A stretch of DNA of 64,000 nucleotides from assembly GCA_036679605.1 (NCBI GenBank), contig JAZDCZ010000365.1, positions 32,001 to 96,000 of the forward strand, in the 5' to 3' direction. A program made the translations under genes and the position numbers. The notes beneath the pieces are model-generated. The model made no database searches and was not told the DNA's origin. It worked only from the letters and a program-made list of their open reading frames with translations. Shown here one piece after another: positions 57,366 to 64,000 of this stretch. The stretch comes from Gemmatimonadota bacterium (GTDB lineage: Bacteria; Gemmatimonadota; Gemmatimonadetes; Gemmatimonadales; GWC2-71-9). How positions within the stretch are numbered: the first letter of the stretch is position 1; each line of letters begins with the position of its first letter.

Positions 57366-58670
57366 TTAGTGAGTTCCCGGTGAATCGTAGTCGTCCACTT
57401 TTTTAGACGATCTGTCCTTAGTTGGTGTCTCGATTCCCCGAACTATGCAGCCCCTCCCGAATCGTGAGTTAATGTCGTCCACGGCGCCAATGATCAGACG
57501 GTCACGGTCCCGTTCCGGCGAGGATTCAGAGAGCAAGCTGAGTTGAAGGTGGATCTTGGGAGATGTGACCAGGTTAGAGGCAGAAACGCCTATCAGGCGG
57601 ACTCCAGTACGACGGGCCGCTCTCAGTTGGCGGAGCAATTTCCGGACGGTCTTGCGGATGGGACGGTCGGAGGCCGTCGGGGCGTCGAATGTGCTACTTG
57701 CTTGCCTGGTAGTGAAATCTGCGTCCCGCAATCTGACCGAAATCGTGCGGGCGAAAAATCCCTTGCCGCGCAAGTCGGCGGCAATGCGCGTAGCTTTGCG
57801 CAGTACTTCTCTCTCGATGTCTCTGTCCGATTCGAGATCGATGGCGAACGTCTCCTCCCGACTCAAGGACTTGGCGGCCACGTGGCTTACAACTGGGGCA
57901 GCATCGATTCCCCGTATTCTTGAGTGGAGCCATCGACCGGTTCGCTCACCGAACCACGCTGTCAAACTCTCCGGGTCGATCGCCAGGGCTTGTTGCACGC
58001 TGCTTAGGCCGTGCTTGGCAAGGCGCGCCTGCAGACGCGGACCGACTCCAGGGATATCGGCGAGGTTGAGTTGGGAAAGGAATTGTGTCTCTTTGCCTGG
58101 CTGAACGATGAAAACGCCCGCTGCGTGATCGTTGTGCGGTTTGGCGCGCTTAGCCGCCAGCTTGGCGATCAGGCGTGACGTGCCGCCTCCGATCGAGATT
58201 TTGAGCCCAGTTCGATCGGAGACAGCCTGGCGAATTGTGGCCGCGATCGCTGCCAGGGACTCCCCGTCATATAGCTGTGCCGTTCCTGTCATGTCGAGGT
58301 AGAACTCGTCGATGCTCGCGGGCTCTACGATCGGAGTGAACTGCGACAGCACTTGTTTGATTTCGTGGCTCTTGCGGCGGCATAGCTCGCCCGCTACTGG
58401 GACTCGTGTCGCCTGGGGACAGAGGCGTAACGCTTGGGCCATCGGCATACCGGAGCGGACTCCAAACCGCCTGGTTTCGTAGGACGCCGAAGTGACTACG
58501 CCCCGGCGAGTGGCTGCACCGCCCACAACCAGCAAGGGCTTGCGGCCCGCAACTTCGGGGTCTGCTAGCCGAGCGACCGCTACGAAGAAGGCATCGGCAT
58601 CCGCCAGGAGGATCTGCCGTTCAAGGCTACTGGTTCTCGGCTCATCGAGCGGCGCTGCCACTTGTCTCAA
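57366..58670 (-). CDS. dinB: DNA polymerase IV
   Basis: ADADAFF, GVVTSASYETRRFGVRSGMP, SIDEFYLD, IAKLA, IPGVG, KSLSREETF, RLIGV. Confidence 0.95.
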   Translation of the reverse strand: MRQVAAPLDEPRTSSLERQILLADADAFFVAVARLADPEVAGRKPLLVVGGAATRRGVVTSASYETRRFGVRSGMPMAQALRLCPQATRVPVAGELCRRKSHEIKQVLSQFTPIVEPASIDEFYLDMTGTAQLYDGESLAAIAATIRQAVSDRTGLKISIGGGTSRLIAKLAAKRAKPHNDHAAGVFIVQPGKETQFLSQLNLADIPGVGPRLQARLAKHGLSSVQQALAIDPESLTAWFGERTGRWLHSRIRGIDAAPVVSHVAAKSLSREETFAIDLESDRDIEREVLRKATRIAADLRGKGFFARTISVRLRDADFTTRQASSTFDAPTASDRPIRKTVRKLLRQLRAARRTGVRLIGVSASNLVTSPKIHLQLSLLSESSPERDRDRLIIGAVDDINSRFGRGCIVRGIETPTKDRSSKKVDDYDSPGTH

Positions 58671-58671
58671 C

Positions 58672-60264
58672 CTAGGGGGCTAGGTTTCGACGCACTCTGA
58701 TTGGCAGGATGGACCAACCGTACCGGATGGGGACGCCGCGCTGAGTTCGGAACGGATCGCCGGGTGAAGGCGAATTCACGCTGGCGTAGTGAACCGCAAC
58801 CACGCGCTGGCGCAGATCGATGAGTGGACCCCCGCTTCCCCCCACGGTGGTCGCCGCAGTGTGAATGACCTCTGTGCCTGTGGCGTCGCTGACGCTGCCA
58901 TTGAGAATGAGTGGCTGGATCAACCCTCTACGCGCCAGTTCCACGGCAAGCTCCCGACTGTCCTCGCCAGCCTTGCGTAGGATCTCGGCGCGCTCATCGT
59001 CGTCGACTCGGAACAGCAGGTTGTGAACACCGGTGGGATAACCGATGAACACCAAGGGGTCACCGGGGCGTGGACCTTGGGTGGCGGGTGCCAGCGGGAG
59101 CGGTGGAGCGTCAACTCTCGACCCCAGAATGTGCATGACCGCAATGTCAGCCTGGTCCGATGAGGAGTCCACCACCATAGAGAATGATTGTCGCCCAGGC
59201 GGGAAGAACGCCTCCAGGGAAATGAATCGGCCGGTCGCCCGAATGCCACGCGACTGCATGAACGCGAGTTCTTCGTCCTCGCGCCACGGCTCGGCGACGT
59301 GCCGGTTGGTTAGCAAATATCCGGCTGAATCGATTAGGAACGCGGTGGCCGTTCCTTGGCGCTTGACCGGCGGCCCAGACCCGCCGAAACCTACTTGCGG
59401 GGTTGGCGGGCCTCTTCCACTGGGCGAGACAATCGGGTTACCCCTTGAGTCGATGGAGTAACGCAGAAGCTCGGTGCCTCCCCTCTCAACGTATCCGTAC
59501 GAGAAAACTACCAGCGCCACGCCCCGGCTGTAGTCTCGGATCTTGTTCGGATCGATACGTGGATCTTCGGCTAGCTTCTGCTGACTGGCCTCTACTGCGT
59601 CTCGCAGGGAATCGTAGCGTGAAAGGACTGTTGCGAGATCTTGTTCAAGTGCAGTTCGTGAAGTCAGTTCGGTGCCCAGCGTGCTCGAAAGTTCGGCTAA
59701 CGTGCGCTCGAGAGCGGCCTTGCTCCGCTCCTGCCAGATTCCCACCCCCACGATCCCGACAAGTCCGAATAATGATATGACCAAGAGGAGCCGCCGAGTG
59801 TGGCGTACTCGCCGCACGGCTACCGCAAGCAGTTCGCGGGTAGTCCGGGTTGGGTGCGCGCCAAGTCTTGACTTCGCATCCGAGTCGGGTCGCGTAAGCG
59901 CGAGTAGTTCGGATGCACGGGCCGTTTCGCTAGGGTCGAGGGTCGGCATCACTCCGTCTTGGGCATGGAGTACGAATCTCGCACCGGGGCCGCCTGCTCC
60001 GAATTGTAGGAGGTCACCCTCTCTCAGGATGCGCTGCTCAATCCGCTCGGCATTTACGAACGTGCCGTTGCGGCTATCGCTATCGCGCAGGACATGACTG
60101 CCGTCCCGACAGAGCAGCGTTGCATGCCTAGACGACACCAGCACCTCGTGAGGTGCGAAGGTTATGGTACACTGTGGGTCTCGACCGAGCGTTATGTCTT
60201 CTCCGGTCAGGTCGAAAACCGTTCCTGCTCGGCTTCCCGTGAGGAATATTAGCCGTGGCGCCAT
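58672..60264 (-). CDS. FHA domain - TM - coiled coil - trypsin-like serine protease
   Basis: FHA LGR..VSSRHA..SRNGTFVN; one TM; triad TNRHV / ADIA / GGSGGP. Confidence 0.88.
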   Translation of the reverse strand: MAPRLIFLTGSRAGTVFDLTGEDITLGRDPQCTITFAPHEVLVSSRHATLLCRDGSHVLRDSDSRNGTFVNAERIEQRILREGDLLQFGAGGPGARFVLHAQDGVMPTLDPSETARASELLALTRPDSDAKSRLGAHPTRTTRELLAVAVRRVRHTRRLLLVISLFGLVGIVGVGIWQERSKAALERTLAELSSTLGTELTSRTALEQDLATVLSRYDSLRDAVEASQQKLAEDPRIDPNKIRDYSRGVALVVFSYGYVERGGTELLRYSIDSRGNPIVSPSGRGPPTPQVGFGGSGPPVKRQGTATAFLIDSAGYLLTNRHVAEPWREDEELAFMQSRGIRATGRFISLEAFFPPGRQSFSMVVDSSSDQADIAVMHILGSRVDAPPLPLAPATQGPRPGDPLVFIGYPTGVHNLLFRVDDDERAEILRKAGEDSRELAVELARRGLIQPLILNGSVSDATGTEVIHTAATTVGGSGGPLIDLRQRVVAVHYASVNSPSPGDPFRTQRGVPIRYGWSILPIRVRRNLAP

Positions 60265-60391
60265 CCAATCCCTCCTAGACTGACAAAGCTAGCGTAGCTG
60301 GCCTTGCGCAGCGGTGTCAAGTGAGCGTGACCTCTGGTGCGGCCCCAAGTCCGCGTGGCTATCTTTGCAAGACGAAAGGATGGGCTCAATC

Positions 60392-60889
60392 ATGCCGATG
60401 GTTCCGTTTGATCAACTACCCGAGAGCGCCAGGCTTTGGGCCTTCGGGTGCTCACGTTCACTGGATGTGGGTGAGGAGCGAGAACTGAAAGAATCGGTCG
60501 AGTTGTTTCTTACCGACTGGGCGGCCCATGGCGCATTGCTAACGTCGAGCTGGGAGTGGCGATATCACCAATTCCTGTTTGTGGCGGTGGACCAAAGTGA
60601 CACGGGACCGTCCGGTTGCTCGATCGACGCGCTGGTGGGGCGTCTCAGGGCGCTCGGCTCGAAACTGGGCGTCGATCTCCTGGCCAACAGCCCTGTCTTC
60701 TATCGGGACGATAGCGGCATTCGCAGAGTAACTCGTGACGAGTTCTCCGAATCGATGCAAGCGGGTACGGTGGACCTTGATACCGTGGTTTTCGACAATA
60801 CGATTCAGTCTGTGAGTGAACTCAGGACGGGACGGTGGGAGTTGCCCGCCAAGGAGTCGTGGCACGCACGCGCCTTTTCTCTGGTCTAA
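60392..60889 (+). CDS. Conserved hypothetical protein (SGCSID family)
   Basis: LPESARLW, W.AHG, PSGCSID, VFDNT, SWH. Confidence 0.75.
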   Translation: MPMVPFDQLPESARLWAFGCSRSLDVGEERELKESVELFLTDWAAHGALLTSSWEWRYHQFLFVAVDQSDTGPSGCSIDALVGRLRALGSKLGVDLLANSPVFYRDDSGIRRVTRDEFSESMQAGTVDLDTVVFDNTIQSVSELRTGRWELPAKESWHARAFSLV

Positions 60890-61040
60890 ATCGTTTGCCT
60901 GGTGCCATTTAGGGGTTTTGTTGGCCGGGTCCTTGGTGCTGGGAGCAATCGGTACCTCGAATGAAGAGTGAAACCCTCGTGTCGGCTTCGACGTAAAGCC
61001 CTAGTAGGTAGATAGACATACAGATATGGGAGAGTGAGTT

Positions 61041-61787
61041 ATGAGGCCTGTCAGAAGGCTGTTTGTTTCGATCGGCGCCCCCCTCATCCTTGTGTTGGGA
61101 GTTGGGGTCGCCTGGGGTGTTCGGAAGGGCTCGACCATGGTCAGGGAAATCGAGCGCTGGAGTGAGAGCCTCGAGCATACCGCGGATCCCGTAGAGTTGC
61201 GGGTGTCCGGGTTCCCCATCATCTCCACCATGTATCTGGATGGCGCGAAGATCGGCAAGCTCGACCGGATCGTCGTGTTGCGAGAGCGGGTCGGTGAAGT
61301 GGACAGCGTTCAATTGATCGCGCACGTGGATGACCGCCATCTAGCGCGCGTCAGCGGGTGCAACTTTGCATTCGATCCCGAGGCGATGCAGGACGTTTTT
61401 CCAACTGAAGGTTGGAAGCGAGTGTTACAGTGCGAGTCCGACGTTTCGCATCTTACGCCGTTTGGCTCGGTGTTGTTTGAAGGCTCAGATCTATCCTCAC
61501 CGCTGTACGTGGAGCGTTGGTCTTCCGATTGTAGCGACGAGTTGAGCACCAACGTCGAGACCTCGGTCAGCGCAGCTATGGCCTCGGTGGTGGAAGTGTC
61601 GGAGGCATTGGGGGTAGAGGTAGACGCTTCGGTAGATGAATCGGTTGTAGCTCCAAGCGTCGCCCTATCAGTCGACTGTCTCGGGTCTCAGAAAGCGCGG
61701 TTGCGCGCGCAGGTCCGGCGATTACGCGATCAGATCCGGAGGGATGTCAGAAGGAGCACAAGAAACGTCCGGGTAAGGGTCCCCTAG
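61041..61787 (+). CDS. Hypothetical membrane-anchored protein
   Basis: N-terminal TM; long ORF with upstream GGAGAG. Confidence 0.6.
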   Translation: MRPVRRLFVSIGAPLILVLGVGVAWGVRKGSTMVREIERWSESLEHTADPVELRVSGFPIISTMYLDGAKIGKLDRIVVLRERVGEVDSVQLIAHVDDRHLARVSGCNFAFDPEAMQDVFPTEGWKRVLQCESDVSHLTPFGSVLFEGSDLSSPLYVERWSSDCSDELSTNVETSVSAAMASVVEVSEALGVEVDASVDESVVAPSVALSVDCLGSQKARLRAQVRRLRDQIRRDVRRSTRNVRVRVP

Positions 61788-61809
61788 TTCAGGCCGGTAT
61801 GGCTACTAT

Positions 61810-61850
61810 GAAACCCGCCCGGCTTCTGAGTCGGTCGGGTTTCGTCTATT
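61810..61850. terminator. Hairpin, probable intrinsic terminator
   Basis: GAAACCCGCCCGGC-TTCTGA-GTCGGTCGGGTTTC followed by a weak T-rich tract. Confidence 0.55.
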
Positions 61851-61900
61851 TAGACCCCACACTTATCTGAGATCCGTCAGTACTGTAGATTCGCCAGGAC

Positions 61901-63901
61901 ATGAGTGATCGAATCCTCCACACCACGTGTCCCCTGGATTGTCCGGACAGCTGTGCTCTCGAAGTGTCGATTGGGGATGATGGGGATTTTTCAATCGAGG
62001 GTAGTAACGACCACCCACTGACATCCGGGTTTATCTGCAGCAAGGTTTCGCGGTTCGGGCGTCGAGTCTCGCATGCAGACCGCCTGCTCCATCCCATGCG
62101 GCGAACCGGAAAGAAGGGAGACGGGAGTTTTGAGAGGATCTCCTGGAGTGAGGCAGTAGAAGAAATCACTCAGCGGTTCGGCGAGATTATCTCGAAATGG
62201 GGGGGAGAAGCGATCCTCCCCTATCACTATGGCGGCTCTAACGGATTCCTTACGGATGGTTTGATTGACGACCTGTACTTCGCAAGACTGGGCGCGTCGC
62301 GGATCGCTAAGACTCTGTGTGCAGCCACGTCGGGCGCTGTTACCGAGGGGATGTATGGGAAGATGCCGGGAGTGGCGATCGAGGACTATCAGCGCGCCGG
62401 CTGCATAGTGGTTTGGGGAGCTAATCCGAAAGCGTCCAATATCCACCTGGTGCCGTTTCTCAAACAGGCAAAGCAGCGAGGGGCTTTCATAGCCGCAATC
62501 GATCCGATCCGGAACTTTTCGGACCGGGAGATCGATGTCCATCTACCGGTCAGGCCCGGTGCGGATCTGCCGTTGGCCTTGGGGTTGATAAAGCGTTGGA
62601 TCGATACGGATCAATTAGACAGTGAATTCTTGGACGGTAACGTTCGTTCAGTTGATCCGATCCTGGCCGCGGCCCAAGAGTGGCCACTAGATAGAGCTGC
62701 AGCGGAGGCTGGAGTCTCCGAGCATGACATTGTCGTTCTGGCCGATGCCTACGCCGAGCGGTCTCCGGCCGTTATTCGCTGTGGGTGGGGGCTCGAGCGG
62801 AATCGAAACGGCGGGCGCGCCATTGCGGCAATTCTGGCAATGCCGGCTCTGCTGGGCAAGTTCGGAGTTCGGGGCGGTGGATATACTCTGAGCAATAGCG
62901 GCCACGCCACTTTCGATCGGGCGCGGCTGTTCGACACGTCGGATTGGCAGACTCGGCGGTTCAACCAAACTCGGTTGGCAGCAGTGCTGAGGGAGACGGT
63001 AGATCCTCCGGTGAAAGCTCTTTTCGTTTACAACTGCAATCCCGCCGTTACAGTGCCCGATCAGAGATCGGTGCTGCGGGAATTATCGGACGAAGATCTG
63101 TTTACGGTGGTTTTTGACCAAGTGATGACAGACACGGCTGCCTATGGTGATATACTGCTACCCGCCACGACGTTTCTCGAGCACTGGGACCTGCGGGTCT
63201 CCTACGGCAGCTACACAGTAGGTGGAGTGAGACCGGTTATGGAGCCGCGAGGGGAAGCTAGGTCCAATGTGGAAGTCTTCGCGGAGCTTGGACGAGCCAT
63301 GGAATTCACCGACAAAGCGTTTTCATGGACATCTGAAATGGCGTTGGAGCAAGTCGCTGCTGCCATGTCGTTGAATGGACTAGCGATCGATTCTAGGGTG
63401 ATCGCGCGGGGTGGATCGCAACGGCATGAGCAACATCAGAATTTCTTACCGCGGACGCTAGATGGCAAAATTGATCTTTGTCCCCAGCAGCTTGGTGCTG
63501 CTCCGTTCAGGTATGATGATACCGCTTCCCCAGGCTTTCCCCTGAGACTGGTTAGTCCAGCCAGCTCAAAGATGATTACCAGCACGTTAGGCGAGTTCAA
63601 TCTCGATGAGTTGGTTGTGCTGCTTCATCCGGACGATGCGGCAATCCGTGGAATTGTGACTGGTGATGCCGTTCGCGTTTTCAACGAATTGGGGGAGGTG
63701 ATCTGTACATCGCGCGTAACCGACCGAATTCGTCCCGGTGTCGTATCGATGCCCAAGGGCGCGTGGCGCAAGTCGTCACGTAACGGGCTGACGTCGACCG
63801 CGCTCTGCCCTCCACATGTCAATGACGTCGGCGGCGGGGCATGCTTCAACGATGCCCGCGTGGAGGTAGCGGTAACGCATGCGTTACCGCTACCCACCTA
63901 G
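61901..63901 (+). CDS. Molybdopterin-dependent oxidoreductase (DMSO reductase superfamily, single subunit)
   Basis: CPLDCPDSC...C 4Fe-4S motif; DRLLHPMRR; ISWSEA; VWGANP; TDTAAYGDILLPA; LHPDDAAIRGI. Confidence 0.9.
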   Translation: MSDRILHTTCPLDCPDSCALEVSIGDDGDFSIEGSNDHPLTSGFICSKVSRFGRRVSHADRLLHPMRRTGKKGDGSFERISWSEAVEEITQRFGEIISKWGGEAILPYHYGGSNGFLTDGLIDDLYFARLGASRIAKTLCAATSGAVTEGMYGKMPGVAIEDYQRAGCIVVWGANPKASNIHLVPFLKQAKQRGAFIAAIDPIRNFSDREIDVHLPVRPGADLPLALGLIKRWIDTDQLDSEFLDGNVRSVDPILAAAQEWPLDRAAAEAGVSEHDIVVLADAYAERSPAVIRCGWGLERNRNGGRAIAAILAMPALLGKFGVRGGGYTLSNSGHATFDRARLFDTSDWQTRRFNQTRLAAVLRETVDPPVKALFVYNCNPAVTVPDQRSVLRELSDEDLFTVVFDQVMTDTAAYGDILLPATTFLEHWDLRVSYGSYTVGGVRPVMEPRGEARSNVEVFAELGRAMEFTDKAFSWTSEMALEQVAAAMSLNGLAIDSRVIARGGSQRHEQHQNFLPRTLDGKIDLCPQQLGAAPFRYDDTASPGFPLRLVSPASSKMITSTLGEFNLDELVVLLHPDDAAIRGIVTGDAVRVFNELGEVICTSRVTDRIRPGVVSMPKGAWRKSSRNGLTSTALCPPHVNDVGGGACFNDARVEVAVTHALPLPT

Positions 63902-63999
63902 GATGCATCGCCCTGCTGAAACACGATGTCTACAGGAACGCCCAATTCGGCGAGCCGATCGAGATCGGATTGAAGAACCGGACCGACTATTCCTTTCTC
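63898..63999 (-). CDS. C-terminus of a probable M49-like (dipeptidyl-peptidase III-type) Zn hydrolase; partial
   Basis: Manual translation ...EKGIVGPVLQSDLDRLAELGVPVDIVFQQGDAS*, resembling the LxxDLxRL...IPVDIVFEQG end of that family. Confidence 0.55.
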   Translation of the reverse strand, partial: EKGIVGPVLQSDLDRLAELGVPVDIVFQQGDAS

Positions 64000-64000
64000 A

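Overview
Bacterial chromosome segment of fairly high GC. The gene repertoire (expanded 6-bladed beta-propeller lipoproteins, a VPS10/BNR hydrolase with a Gly/Arg-rich tail, mfd-PPIase-surA-pdxA) suggests a Gemmatimonadota-like organism; this is an inference. 1-30.6 kb is core genome. It opens with a partial outer-membrane receptor gene preceded by a CxxC/RGPP leader ORF. A long minus-strand run follows (M28 peptidase, lepA, ROK and PfkB kinases, an HATPase + STAS-wHTH pair, a Cys/Met lyase, ftsEX-envC, pcm, nfo, alkaline phosphatase), then a plus-strand run (DUF58, BatA/VWA, mfd, three PPIases, pdxA), a CNNM protein, a CDF exporter and typA. After a stand-alone tRNA-Ile(GAT) at 30875 comes an accessory region of about 9-12 kb built from integron-type gene cassettes, with no integrase in the window. 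It holds two intact attC sites, several half-sites and self-complementary cassette ends; the cargo is three TA-like pairs, GIY-YIG proteins and three beta-propeller lipoproteins. The most striking signal is three copies of a non-coding 120-165 bp leader, each 31-34 bp upstream of a GTTRRRY-type cassette start, which look like multiplied attI/Pc-like platforms. Also present are a duplicated arm-site-like element with 12-bp tandem repeats and a split copy of the tRNA 3' half. 43-64 kb holds a MATE transporter, Uma2, the VPS10 hydrolase, a ClC, an APC transporter with an amidinotransferase-family enzyme, a DUF4384 protein with an Arg/Ser tail, dinB, an FHA-trypsin protease and a molybdopterin oxidoreductase. 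All family assignments come from motif recognition by eye; no searches were run.
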